Shown piece after piece: positions 26,451 to 35,748 of a stretch of DNA of 64,000 nt (its first letter is position 1; each line of letters starts with the position of its first letter). The DNA lies in contig JACPPG010000050.1 in assembly GCA_016191115.1 (NCBI GenBank), forward strand, positions 12,390 through 76,389. Direction: 5' to 3'. Position numbers and translations under genes: made by a program. Below the pieces are notes generated by a model. The model did no database searches. It saw only the letters and a list, made by a program, of their open reading frames with translations, and was not told where the DNA came from. The DNA comes from Planctomycetia bacterium. GTDB taxonomy: Bacteria > Planctomycetota > Planctomycetia > Pirellulales > JACPPG01.

Positions 26451-27893
26451 ATGGCACAGTCCGCGAATCAGAATCGCGCCCGCACCAAGATCATCGCCAC
26501 CGTTGGACCGGCGTGCCGCGAGGATGCGCAACTGGCCGGGCTGTACGAAGCTGGCGTCGACATCTTTCGCCTCAACACGGCGCACGGCAACCAGTCGGAC
26601 CACGAAGCGACAATCGCCGCCATCCGCCGCACAAGCCAGCGCGTCAAGATGCCCATCGGCGCGCTCGTGGACCTGGCTGGGCCGAAAATTCGCTTGGGCG
26701 AACTGGCGGGCGGGCAGGTCGATTGCCGCCTGGGCGCGACGTTCCGCTTCGTGCGGGGCGCGTCCGCCAGCCGGCCTGACGAGTTGGTCACGACCTACGA
26801 CCGATTGCTCGACGAGTTGGAAGAAGGCCGCTCGATCATGCTTGCCGACGGAACGGTATCCATGCTTGTCGAAAAACTGTCGCCCGATGCCGCCACCGTC
26901 CGCGTCACGCAACAGGGTTCGATCCGCAGCCGGCAGGGCGTCAACCTGCCGGGCGCACGGATCAGCCTGCCGGCGATGAGCGACGCCGACCGGCAATATG
27001 CCGCCTGGGCCGCGGCACAGGGCGCCGACTTTGTCGGCCTGAGCTTCGTTCGCTCGCCCGACGACGTGCGCCAGCTCAAATCGCTCCTGCGGTCGCACGG
27101 TTCGCCGGCGCGGGTGATCGCCAAGATCGAGAAGCAGGAGGCGCTCGACGAGCTCGAAGCGATCGTGGCCGCGGCCGACGGCCTGATGGTTGCCCGCGGC
27201 GACCTGGGCGTTGAGATCGACGTGGCGCGGATGCCGGTCGTGCAGAAGGAGATCGTGGCCACGTGCAACCATTGGCAAAAGCCGGTCATCATCGCCACGC
27301 AAATGCTCGATAGCATGCAACGCTCGTCGCACCCTACGCGGGCCGAAGTGACCGACGTCGCCAACGCCATCCTCGATGGTTGCGACGCCTGCATGCTGTC
27401 GGGCGAGACGGCGATCGGCGAGTTCCCCCGCGCCGCGGTCGAGATGATGAACCGCATCGCCCTGGCGACCGAGCCCCTGTACCGCCGCCGGCCGTTGTCC
27501 AGCGCCCCCGAGGTATTGCCCGAAGGCTTGCGCGAGGTGACGCAGGCGGTCGTGTTGGGTGCCGGGCACATGGCGCAAAAGCTCGATGCGCGGCTGATCG
27601 TCGTGGCCAGTCACACCGGCGCCACCGCCTTGGCCCTGGCCAAACAGCGGAGCTTCATCCCGACCGTGGGCGTCAGCGACGGCGACGCGACGCTGCGGCA
27701 GATGACGCTGTACTGGGGCGTCACGCCCCTGGCCGGCGCTCCGACCGGCGACATGGCGGCGCTCGTTGGGTACGTGGTCGAGTGGGGCCGCCGCGAAGGC
27801 ACGCTGGCCACGGGGGACAAGATCGTGCTCGTGACCGGAACGGGCCTGGCCGGCAGCGGTCACAACGCGGCCATCGTGCACGAAGTAAGGTAA
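26451..27893 (+). CDS. pyk: pyruvate kinase
   Basis: TKIIATVGP, FRLNTAHG, GPKIRLG, MVARGDLGVEI, ATQMLDSM. ATG at 26451. Confidence 0.92.
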   Translation: MAQSANQNRARTKIIATVGPACREDAQLAGLYEAGVDIFRLNTAHGNQSDHEATIAAIRRTSQRVKMPIGALVDLAGPKIRLGELAGGQVDCRLGATFRFVRGASASRPDELVTTYDRLLDELEEGRSIMLADGTVSMLVEKLSPDAATVRVTQQGSIRSRQGVNLPGARISLPAMSDADRQYAAWAAAQGADFVGLSFVRSPDDVRQLKSLLRSHGSPARVIAKIEKQEALDELEAIVAAADGLMVARGDLGVEIDVARMPVVQKEIVATCNHWQKPVIIATQMLDSMQRSSHPTRAEVTDVANAILDGCDACMLSGETAIGEFPRAAVEMMNRIALATEPLYRRRPLSSAPEVLPEGLREVTQAVVLGAGHMAQKLDARLIVVASHTGATALALAKQRSFIPTVGVSDGDATLRQMTLYWGVTPLAGAPTGDMAALVGYVVEWGRREGTLATGDKIVLVTGTGLAGSGHNAAIVHEVR

Positions 27894-28103
27894 ATCCCTG
27901 GCCCGCTAGCTACCTTCCGTGACCCTTCTTGAGTTCCTTCGCCTCCCCGCCACTCCCCGTATTCTTGGCGTCCTTGGCGGTTCCCAATGTCTTTCTTTTG
28001 TTGCCAATTGCGGCATCAGCCTGCGCGGCGGTTCCGCCGACCAGTCGTGACTAACACGATGGGGGAATCACCGACATTGATTGCGGGGGAAGGGAGAATC
28101 GCC

Positions 28104-29003
28104 ATGACGCGCGCGGCCAGTTTGCTTAGGAGACGTGGGATTGCTTGGGGACTGGTGCCTGGGGTTCTGCTGGCCGCGGGATGGCTGGCCTTCGTGCCGG
28201 CTGCCGCCCGCGACGTCGATGACGAACGGGCGCCGGCCGCCGACGAGCCCGATGATCGTCCACCGGACGACAGGCCTCCGCCAGGACGTCCACCGCGACG
28301 GTCAAGGGATCGGGATTTCGAGCGGCCGCACGGACCACCGCCGCGCGAGGCGGACGAGCGCGAGCTTGACCGGCCGCGCGGTCGGCCGCCGTGGCGCGGC
28401 GAGCGCGATCGCCCTGAGGCGGATCGACCAGCCCGTGGCCCGGCCGATGAGAGATTCGACGGCCCGCGCCGCGAGGCCGGTGATCGCCTTGGTCCCCCGC
28501 CCTCGCGAGACCGTCGGGAGCGCGACTTCGATCGTGCTGATGGCTCGCCGCCTCCACCACGGCCCCGTGATCGGCCAGGGCGCGACTTCGATGGTCCGGA
28601 TGGTCCGCCTCCGCCGCCGCGCCGGTTCGACGGCCCGCCGCCGCGCGGGCCCGAAGGGCGCGACTTCGATGGTCCGCCCGGTCCGCCTCCGCCGCCACCG
28701 TGGCATCGCCCAGAGCGCGATCGCGACCGCTTGGATGGTCCGCCGCCGCCACGGAACCGCGCGGCGCGCGACTTCGATCGCGACGACGGGCCGCCACCGC
28801 GGCGCCGCTGGCACCGAGAGGGTGACCGCCCTCTCGGTCCACCGCCCGGTGCGGACGAGGGACGCGGGTTCGGTCCGCCCGACGGCGCGCCACCGCCGCC
28901 TCGGGAGCGGCGCGACTTCGACAGGCCGCGGCGTGGACCCGAAGAGCGTATCGGGCCGCCACCGCGTGAGGACCAGGATCGCGAGCGTGGCCGCGAGGAC
29001 TAA
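28104..29003 (+). CDS. secreted low-complexity Pro/Arg/Asp-rich repeat protein
   Basis: Signal/TM segment MTRAASLLRRRGIAWGLVPGVLLAAGWLAFVPAAA. About a dozen degenerate units of the type R(D/E)FD(G/R)P.GPPPPP follow. Confidence 0.6.
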   Translation: MTRAASLLRRRGIAWGLVPGVLLAAGWLAFVPAAARDVDDERAPAADEPDDRPPDDRPPPGRPPRRSRDRDFERPHGPPPREADERELDRPRGRPPWRGERDRPEADRPARGPADERFDGPRREAGDRLGPPPSRDRRERDFDRADGSPPPPRPRDRPGRDFDGPDGPPPPPRRFDGPPPRGPEGRDFDGPPGPPPPPPWHRPERDRDRLDGPPPPRNRAARDFDRDDGPPPRRRWHREGDRPLGPPPGADEGRGFGPPDGAPPPPRERRDFDRPRRGPEERIGPPPREDQDRERGRED

Positions 29004-29090
29004 TGATGAATGCGGAATGATGAATGATGAATGTTTGAGCCCGCGCTGGGGCCTTTTCATTCATCATTCATCATTCGCGGGTTCATCATT
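29002..29090. repeat. AT-rich palindromic element family 1, copy 3
   Basis: AATGATGAATGCGGAATGATGAATGATGAATG ... CATTCATCATTCATCATTCGCGGGTTCATCATT. Abuts or overlaps the stop codons of both convergent genes (TAA 29001-29003; TGA complement 29086-29088). Confidence 0.8.
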
Positions 29091-29703
29091 GGTTTGGAAA
29101 ACCGTCCAGCCCTTCGTCGAGCGGCACGCCGAAGCTGTTGAGCGCCATCGACACCAGGTTGTATTGGCCAACGGTGAAGACAAGGTCCATCAGTTGCTTC
29201 GTGTCGTAGTGTTTGGCCAATGCGTGCCAGGTTGCGTCGCCAATGCACGCGTCGGCGTGCAATTCGTCGGTGGCCGCAAGCAGCAGGCGATCCAACTCGG
29301 CCAGGCCCGCGGCGCTCGGCCCTTGGCCGATCCGCCGCAGGTCGTCGTCCGAGAGGCCGACGCTCTTGCCGATTCGCACGTGCTGGGCCCACTCATATTC
29401 GGCGCGGCACAGCCAGCCGATACGGAGGATCACGATTTCGCGGTCCCGCGGCGGCATCGCGTTGCGCCGCAGGATGTGCGAGCCGAACGTGAGCCAGTCG
29501 CGGGCCAGGTCAGGGTGATGGGCCATCGTTTTGAAGACGTTGTACAGCCGGCCGGCCTGCGCGAATGGCTCGAGCAAAGCCCGCTGGTCCGGCGTCCACG
29601 ATTCCTTCTCCACTGGCGGAATACGTGGCGTGGCGGGCCGCGGCGACGCCGCGCGCCGATTGGACCGGTTTCGATTGTCGCCGGTTTCGCGGGCATCGGT
29701 CAT
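29086..29703 (-). CDS. carboxymuconolactone decarboxylase (AhpD-like) family protein
   Basis: ATG at 29703. NVFKTMAHHPDLARDWLTFGSHIL...REIVILRIGWLCRAEYEWAQH resembles the CMD family. Disordered basic N-terminus. Confidence 0.65.
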   Translation of the reverse strand: MTDARETGDNRNRSNRRAASPRPATPRIPPVEKESWTPDQRALLEPFAQAGRLYNVFKTMAHHPDLARDWLTFGSHILRRNAMPPRDREIVILRIGWLCRAEYEWAQHVRIGKSVGLSDDDLRRIGQGPSAAGLAELDRLLLAATDELHADACIGDATWHALAKHYDTKQLMDLVFTVGQYNLVSMALNSFGVPLDEGLDGFPNQ

Positions 29704-29747
29704 CGGAATCACCTCGTTGGGCCGTTCCTTTGAGCCCCATTTCGCAT

Positions 29748-29858
29748 GTGTGCCACGGCTTGTCGCGACAGCGCAAGCCATGCTCCCTCACCGGGCAGCC
29801 CGCCCTGACGTTGACGTCGCGGCGCGCTTCGCACTGCTTCTGCGAAGCAGTGGCACAA
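29748..29858. repeat. bipartite hairpin element family 3, copy 2
   Basis: GTGTGCCACGGCTTGTCGCGACAGCGCAAGCCATGCT ... GCACTGCTTCTGCGAAGCAGTGGCACAA. Confidence 0.8.
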
Positions 29859-29910
29859 CCCATTTGGTTCCGTGCGCCCTCTTTAACGGAAAACCGCGCG
29901 GCACGGAGCG

Positions 29911-30717
29911 TCATCCTATTCGCGCGGACTGCCCACCGTCGACCGGCAGGAGGACGCCGGTGATGAATTTCGCCTCGTCCGAGGCCAGGAACAGCGCCGC
30001 GTGCGCCACGTCCCAGGCGGTCCCCATCTTCCCGCCCAGCGGCACACGCGCGTTGCGATCGCGGATCAGGTCCTCTTTCGGGATCCCCAGCCGCCGAGCC
30101 AAGCCCTCGATCGCCATCGGCGTCTCGATCAGGCCGGGCATGATCGCATTGACGCGGATTCCGTACCGCGCGTTGGCCATGGCGACCGCCAGCGTCATAG
30201 CGTTGATGCCCGCCTTGGAAACCTTGTAGGCCGTGAGCTCGGTTGCCGCCGCCACGGCCGCCAGTGAAGAGACGTTCGTGATCGAACCGCTTCCCTGCCG
30301 CCGCATCACCGGGAGGACGTGTTTGCAGGTCAAAAACGCGCTCTTCAGGTTGACGCGCAGAATTTCATCCCATGCTTCGACGGTGACCCGCGACAGCTCG
30401 TCGTCGCCGGCGCCGATGCCGACGTTGTTGTGCAAAACGTCGATCCGGCCGTACGCGGCAAGGCACGCTTCGGCGACGGCCTGGCACGCCGGCTCGCTGG
30501 TGACGTCGGCCTGGCAGACGGTTGACTCCCCACCCTCGCGGTCGATCATCGCTTTGGTATCGTGGGCCGAAGCCGCGTCGCGGTCCACCAATAGGACCCG
30601 CGCGCCTTCGCGGGCGAAGAGGATGGCGGTGGCCCGTCCGTTGCCGATCGTGTCGCCGGGCGTTTGGCCAGCCCCCACGACGATCGCGACTTTCCCGGCC
30701 AGTCTCATGGCATCCAT
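29911..30717 (-). CDS. SDR family oxidoreductase (FabG-like)
   Basis: KVAIVVGAGQTPGDTIGNGRATA, HNNVG, YKVSKAG, PGLIETP. Start is at 30717 or 30708. Confidence 0.85.
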   Translation of the reverse strand: MDAMRLAGKVAIVVGAGQTPGDTIGNGRATAILFAREGARVLLVDRDAASAHDTKAMIDREGGESTVCQADVTSEPACQAVAEACLAAYGRIDVLHNNVGIGAGDDELSRVTVEAWDEILRVNLKSAFLTCKHVLPVMRRQGSGSITNVSSLAAVAAATELTAYKVSKAGINAMTLAVAMANARYGIRVNAIMPGLIETPMAIEGLARRLGIPKEDLIRDRNARVPLGGKMGTAWDVAHAALFLASDEAKFITGVLLPVDGGQSARIG

Positions 30718-30752
30718 CTTTCGCAGTCGTTGTTCCCCGCTCTCCGGCATAC

Positions 30753-30826
30753 TAGCCCGAAACGCCAGCGAGGGTACGCCACGCGCCACTCTAAATCCCT
30801 CGCTGGCGCTACTTGCGCTTCGGGCT
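30753..30826. repeat. hairpin element family GCCAGCGAGGG-N22-CCCTCGCTGGC, copy 2
   Basis: TAGCCCGAAACGCCAGCGAGGG, a 22-nt loop (similar to the copy 1 loop), then CCCTCGCTGGCG...CTTCGGGCT. Lies in the divergent SDR/esterase intergenic region. Confidence 0.7.
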
Positions 30827-30948
30827 TGTGTTGAGCGAGTCGGACCGTGTCTCTATGGCACGACATGCTAGATCGACATGCGCTCATCCGGCTGATACGA
30901 TCAACGCAACGCCTGACATTTCGGGTCACGAAGCAAAAGGCACCTTCG

Positions 30949-31686
30949 ATGCGCAACACGATTCTTGTCGTTTTGATCGTCCTGGTTTGCAGCATTGATC
31001 GAACGGCTACCGGCGGCGACGCGCCAAAGCAATCCTCGGCACGGCTGGAAACCCAATTGAAAGTGTCGCTCAACTACCTCGTCTATCTTCCTGAGGACTA
31101 CGACAAAAAAGAGTCGTGGCCGCTACTTCTGTTTTTGCACGGAGCCGGCGAGCGCGGCGACGATGTCGAGCTGGTGAAAAAGCACGGGCCGCCGAAGCTC
31201 ATCGACCAGGGCAAGTCGTTTCCGTTCATCGTCGTCAGCCCGCAGTGCGCCAAGGACCAGTTCTGGCACTTGCAGCTTCGGGAATTGACCGCGCTACTGG
31301 ACGAGATCGAAGCCAAGTATAAGGTCGATCGGGACCGCGTCTACTTGACCGGTTTGAGCATGGGCGGTTTTGGCACGTGGGCACTGGCGGCCTATACGCC
31401 GGACCGCTTCGCCGCCATCGTGCCGATCTGTGGTGGCGGCGAAGCTTTGTCGGCGCGGCGCTTGTCGCAACTGCCGATCTGGGCCTTCCACGGCGGCAAG
31501 GACCCGGTCGTTCCGCTCGCGCGGTCCGAGGAAATGGTCGAAGCGGCCAAGAAGACCAACGACCAGGTCAAGCTAACCGTCTATCCGGAGGCGGGGCACG
31601 ACTCCTGGACCGCCACGTACGCCAATCCGGAACTCTACGAGTGGCTGCTGGCCCATCCGCGGAAGGCGGCCGCCAAGGCCGAATAG
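30949..31686 (+). CDS. secreted alpha/beta hydrolase (carboxylesterase/PHB-depolymerase-type esterase)
   Basis: Signal peptide MRNTILVVLIVLVCS. LLLFLHGAGERG, nucleophile elbow GLSMGG, FHGGKDPVV, GHDSW. Confidence 0.8.
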   Translation: MRNTILVVLIVLVCSIDRTATGGDAPKQSSARLETQLKVSLNYLVYLPEDYDKKESWPLLLFLHGAGERGDDVELVKKHGPPKLIDQGKSFPFIVVSPQCAKDQFWHLQLRELTALLDEIEAKYKVDRDRVYLTGLSMGGFGTWALAAYTPDRFAAIVPICGGGEALSARRLSQLPIWAFHGGKDPVVPLARSEEMVEAAKKTNDQVKLTVYPEAGHDSWTATYANPELYEWLLAHPRKAAAKAE

Positions 31687-32320
31687 ACGCGGGTCTTACT
31701 TGGCTTTTGCGCCTCTAGTTCCAGCCCTTGGCGCACCCCGCGGATTTTGCGCGGCGGTTCGCCCCCGGCCTCCGTGACCATTGGTACAGGAGGCCGCTTT
31801 CTGGCAGCGAGCTGCGAGGGTTGATTCGAGACGGCGGAAACGCCGCGACGGGCTGCACGGTCAAGGGCAATTCCGGCCCGGCTACACTCTGTCGGCTGCC
31901 CGCACGACGAGATTGTAGCCAACGGCCGGATGGCGAACGCGAACAGATTCCGTCCCAAGAGTCTGGGCGCGAAAGCCCCTCGACCGTGGTTCGACTCGAC
32001 ACCATCGACTGACTGCCAGCACGGCGACCGCCGGCCCGGCGTGCGTCCCGCTATTCCCCTATCTGCCCAGGGAGCAGGCACGGCGCTGGGCTGGCATCCC
32101 TTCACCCCCCCCTTCACCCGAACCAGGCCGAGCAAAGCTGTAATTGGAACGAAACGCACCCGGCACGGACGCGCAAGGTCAAGCGCGCCGGCCGGTAGCG
32201 CTCGGTGTACGATGGAATCTTAACCGTCGTGCGTCCGACCGACGCGATCAGAAAGAGACAGAGCGGTGCGTGGCCGCGCGGGGGCCGGACGCGACACCCT
32301 AAGAGAGGACCATCTTGGCC

Positions 32321-32938
32321 ATGCTTAGCGAGACCGCCTGCGACCCCCAGCAGCTCATTCAATTGGCCAAGGCGCGCGGCACAGGCGCTTTGGGGCAGCT
32401 TCTGGAGCTGTACGCCAACTACCTCACCCTGTTGGCCAGCGTGCAGATCGGGCGGCAGTTGCGCGGCAAGGTCGATCCGGCCGACGCAGTGCAGGAGACG
32501 TTTCTCGAGGCGCATCGTCATTTTGGAAGTTTTCGGGGTCACACCGAAGCGGAGCTGGTCGCCTGGCTGCGGCAAATCCTGGCTGCGCACCTGTCGAATC
32601 TCCTCCGCCGCTACCTGGGTACCAAGGGTCGCGACGTGCGGCTCGAGCGGACGTTGGCCGCCGATGTGGATCACTCTTCCGCGGTCCTCGACCGGCAACT
32701 CATCTGTCCTGGGGAGTCCCCCAGCCAGCACGCGGCGCGCCGCGAGCACGCCGTGCTGTTGGCCGATGCGCTCGCGCGGTTGCCGGCCGACTACCGGGAA
32801 GTGATCGTACTGCGGCACATCGAGGCGATCCCCTTTGCCGGCGTGGCGCAGCGCATGGGCCGCAGCGAGGACAGCGTGCAGAAGCTGTGGGTCCGCGGCC
32901 TGGCGCGGCTGCGGCAGGAAATGGGAGCACACGCGTGA
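32321..32938 (+). CDS. ECF-type RNA polymerase sigma factor (kinase-associated)
   Basis: Region 2 DAVQETFLEAHRHFGSFRG. Region 4 YREVIVLRHIEAIPFAGVAQRMGRSEDSVQKLWVRGLARLR. The TGA stop overlaps the kinase GTG start. TTG at 32315 is an alternative start. Confidence 0.88.
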   Translation: MLSETACDPQQLIQLAKARGTGALGQLLELYANYLTLLASVQIGRQLRGKVDPADAVQETFLEAHRHFGSFRGHTEAELVAWLRQILAAHLSNLLRRYLGTKGRDVRLERTLAADVDHSSAVLDRQLICPGESPSQHAARREHAVLLADALARLPADYREVIVLRHIEAIPFAGVAQRMGRSEDSVQKLWVRGLARLRQEMGAHA

Positions 32939-35748
32939 CGCCCAATTGTCAACCCGAACACGACGTGGGACCGGGCGACAACGCGGCGCCAGCCGGCCGC
33001 GTCGATCGGGCAGCGGACGACCCGCGAGTCGTTCGCGCCGTCGCAGAATATGTCGCGGCGCTCGAGGCCGGCCAGCACCCGAGCCGGCAGGAGTTGCTCG
33101 ATCGCTATCCCGAAGTGGCCGACGCGGTCGCGGCTTGCCTGGACGGATTGGCGGTGGTATTCGCGGCGGCGCCCGGCTTGCGGTCGCTGTCCGGCGGGCA
33201 CTCGGCAAGCGGCAGCGCGGCCGACGTGCCGCGATCATTGGGTGATTTTCGTATCTTGCGCGAGATCGGCCGCGGCGGCATGGGCGTGGTGTACGAGGCG
33301 GAGCAACTATCGCTGGGCCGCCGCGTGGCGGTCAAGGTCCTGCCGTTTGCCGCCGCGCTCGACGGGGCGCGGCTGCGACGATTCAAGAACGAGGCCCAGG
33401 CCGCCGCCCAGCTTCACCACACGAACATCGTTCCCGTGTACGCGGTGGGCTGCGATCGCGGCGTGCACTTCTACGCCATGCAGCTCATTGAAGGGCGGTC
33501 GCTGGCCAACGTCATTCAAGAGCTGCGCGGCGACGGGCAAGAACCGCTCGGCTCGCGCGGCGCGGATGGGGCCGAGGATACCGATCCGTGGCCGGCGAAC
33601 GCGCACGCGCCAAGCGCTGAACCCGCCGCCGCGGCAGAGGCCCTGGCCGCGCAGAGCACCGCCTCGGGGCGCCACAGCGGCACGCTGGCGCAGATCTCGC
33701 ACGAGCGCAAGACCAGCCGCTCGGCGTTCCATACCACGGTCGCGCGATGGGGCATTCAGGCCGCGGAGGCCCTCGAGCACGCCCATCAGATGGGCGTCAT
33801 CCATCGCGACGTGAAGCCGGCCAACGTGCTTGTGGATGCGCAGAGCAAAATCTGGATCGCGGATTTCGGACTCGCGCAGTTTCATGCCGAAGCCGGCTTG
33901 ACGGCCACGGGAAACATGGCCGGCACGATTCGCTACATGAGCCCGGAGCAGGCCTCCGGCGAGCGCGTCGTGCTGGACCATCGCACCGACATCTACTCGC
34001 TGGGAGTCACGTTGTACGAGTTGCTCACCGGGAGGCCGGCGTTCGACGACAGCGATCGCCGCGTGCTCGCGCGGCACATCGCGGCCGAGGAACCCCGCGC
34101 GCCGCGGGCGATCGACAAGACGATCCCGGCGGACCTGGAAACGATCGTGCTGAAGGCCATGGCCAAAGCGGCCGCCGACCGGTACGACACGGCCCAGGCG
34201 CTGGCCGACGACCTGCAGCGGTTCCTCGACCAGCAACCGATCCGCGCGCGGCGGCCCACGCCGATCGAGCGGGTCGTGAAATGGTCGCGGCGGCACCGGC
34301 CGGTGGTGGCGTCCGGCGTGCTCTTGTTGTTGCTGGCGGCGTTGGGACTACTGGCCAGCACCGTCCTGATCGCCCGCGAGCATGCCAAGACCAAGGCAGC
34401 CTACGCCAGCGAGCGCATCAAGGCCCAGGAGGCCGACCAGCAGCGGCAACAGGCCGAGGCGCGGTTCCGCCAGGCGCGTCGGGCGGTGGACCTGTTGGCC
34501 GAGATCGGCGAGGACGAGCTGACCGACGCACCGTTCATGCAAAACGTCCGCCGCCGCATCCTGGAAGCGACCTTGGACTACTACCAGGACTTCATCGAGG
34601 ATCGCACCGACGACGCGGCGCTACAGGCCGACTTGATCGCCTCGCGGACGCAGGTGCAGCGCATTCTCAGCGATCTGGCCGATCTGCGCGGCTTCGGCCA
34701 GACGATGAAGATGGCCATGCTGCTGGAAGAGCGCGACGCGCAGCGCGACCTGGGACTGTCGCAAGAGCAGATCGACGAGATCGAAGCGGCGCAAAAGCAA
34801 AGGTGGGACCGCGGCTCGCCCGATCGCAAGTTCCACGAGCTGTCGGCCAGCGAAAAGCACGACCATTTTCAACAAGAGGCCGAAGAGCAAGCGGCCGCCA
34901 TCCGCGGGTGGCTCACGCCCCAGCAGCAGGCACGCCTGAAGCAGATCGAGCTGCAGGTTCGCGGGCTGTCAGCGTGGACCGACACGGACGTGGAGCAGGC
35001 CCTGGCGCTCTCGGACGAGCAGCGGGCGAGCATCCGGGCGTTGGTGGATGCGTCGCACGGGGCGGGCCCCGGATTCGATTGTCCGCCGGAGGACGGCCCC
35101 CCGCGGGGACCTCCGCCGGGCGAGCGTCCGCCAGGCGAGCCGCGGCCACGTGAGGCTTCATTTGACGAGCCGGCGCGGCGCGAACCGCCCCCACAGCCGC
35201 CGCACGAACCGCGCGATCAGGGGAACGAAGGTCCAAACGCATTGATTCGTCGCCAGATCGAGAGCCTTTTGACGAGCCAGCAGCGGCAGTCCTGGGCGGA
35301 GCTCATCGGTGACACCTACCTCGGACGCGCCATGCGACCGCGCCCACCCGGCGAACCACACGGTCACGGCCCACGCGGCTTCGGCGACTTTGGGCCCGGA
35401 GATCACCGGCCCGGAGGGCCGCCGGGGCATGGTCCGGGCGGACCGAGAGCTCACGGCGACGGCCCGCCCCGACGCGGACCCGCGCCACCCGGTGACGATG
35501 GCGGACCGAGAGAACGCTTCCGCGATTCAAGCGAGCCACAGCCGAAGGGACGCGAGCCACGAACAGAGCGAAACCCCATGCCCGAGCGGCATGCGGACGA
35601 GGATAGGTCAGAGGGCCGGGCAGAAGTGGAAAGCCAGGGACAGTTCGATGGAGGAAGAGTTTCATGCGATCGAGGATTACGAACAAGAGACGAGGCGTGC
35701 GTTACTTTCAACCGCAATTGGAGGCTCTGGAAGATCGCTTGTGCCTGA
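32935..35748 (+). CDS. membrane Ser/Thr protein kinase with LTxxQ-motif and Pro-rich extracytoplasmic region
   Basis: GTG 32935-32937 overlaps the sigma stop 32936-32938 (GTGA). Kinase motifs GRGGMGVVYEA, VAVKVL, HRDVKPANVL, DFGLA, SPEQ. TM helix VVASGVLLLLLAALGLLASTVLIA. After it come LTPQQ/LSDEQ/LTSQQ/LSQEQ motifs and GPP-rich tracts. Confidence 0.88.
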   Translation: MTPNCQPEHDVGPGDNAAPAGRVDRAADDPRVVRAVAEYVAALEAGQHPSRQELLDRYPEVADAVAACLDGLAVVFAAAPGLRSLSGGHSASGSAADVPRSLGDFRILREIGRGGMGVVYEAEQLSLGRRVAVKVLPFAAALDGARLRRFKNEAQAAAQLHHTNIVPVYAVGCDRGVHFYAMQLIEGRSLANVIQELRGDGQEPLGSRGADGAEDTDPWPANAHAPSAEPAAAAEALAAQSTASGRHSGTLAQISHERKTSRSAFHTTVARWGIQAAEALEHAHQMGVIHRDVKPANVLVDAQSKIWIADFGLAQFHAEAGLTATGNMAGTIRYMSPEQASGERVVLDHRTDIYSLGVTLYELLTGRPAFDDSDRRVLARHIAAEEPRAPRAIDKTIPADLETIVLKAMAKAAADRYDTAQALADDLQRFLDQQPIRARRPTPIERVVKWSRRHRPVVASGVLLLLLAALGLLASTVLIAREHAKTKAAYASERIKAQEADQQRQQAEARFRQARRAVDLLAEIGEDELTDAPFMQNVRRRILEATLDYYQDFIEDRTDDAALQADLIASRTQVQRILSDLADLRGFGQTMKMAMLLEERDAQRDLGLSQEQIDEIEAAQKQRWDRGSPDRKFHELSASEKHDHFQQEAEEQAAAIRGWLTPQQQARLKQIELQVRGLSAWTDTDVEQALALSDEQRASIRALVDASHGAGPGFDCPPEDGPPRGPPPGERPPGEPRPREASFDEPARREPPPQPPHEPRDQGNEGPNALIRRQIESLLTSQQRQSWAELIGDTYLGRAMRPRPPGEPHGHGPRGFGDFGPGDHRPGGPPGHGPGGPRAHGDGPPRRGPAPPGDDGGPRERFRDSSEPQPKGREPRTERNPMPERHADEDRSEGRAEVESQGQFDGGRVSCDRGLRTRDEACVTFNRNWRLWKIACA

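Noticed and set aside
25470-27881. 803-aa ORF antisense to pyruvate kinase and the upstream genes
   Set aside because: Arg/Gly/Ala/Pro-dominated, no motifs, and exactly antisense to well-supported genes (pyk, SDR). It is a typical stop-codon-poor shadow frame of a high-GC genome.
31985-32000. GGTTCGACTC resembling a tRNA T-loop
   Set aside because: The flanking bases do not form a T-stem (CGTGG versus CGACA). No acceptor or anticodon arms could be folded.
32146-32175. GGAAC as the -35 element of an ECF promoter upstream of the sigma gene
   Set aside because: No CGTC-like -10 element lies at a 16-17 nt spacing (GACG is found instead). The evidence is insufficient.
32114-33238. 374-aa minus-strand ORF across the sigma factor and kinase start
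   Set aside because: It is antisense to two genes with unmistakable sigma-70 and kinase motifs. Its composition is Arg/Pro-rich.
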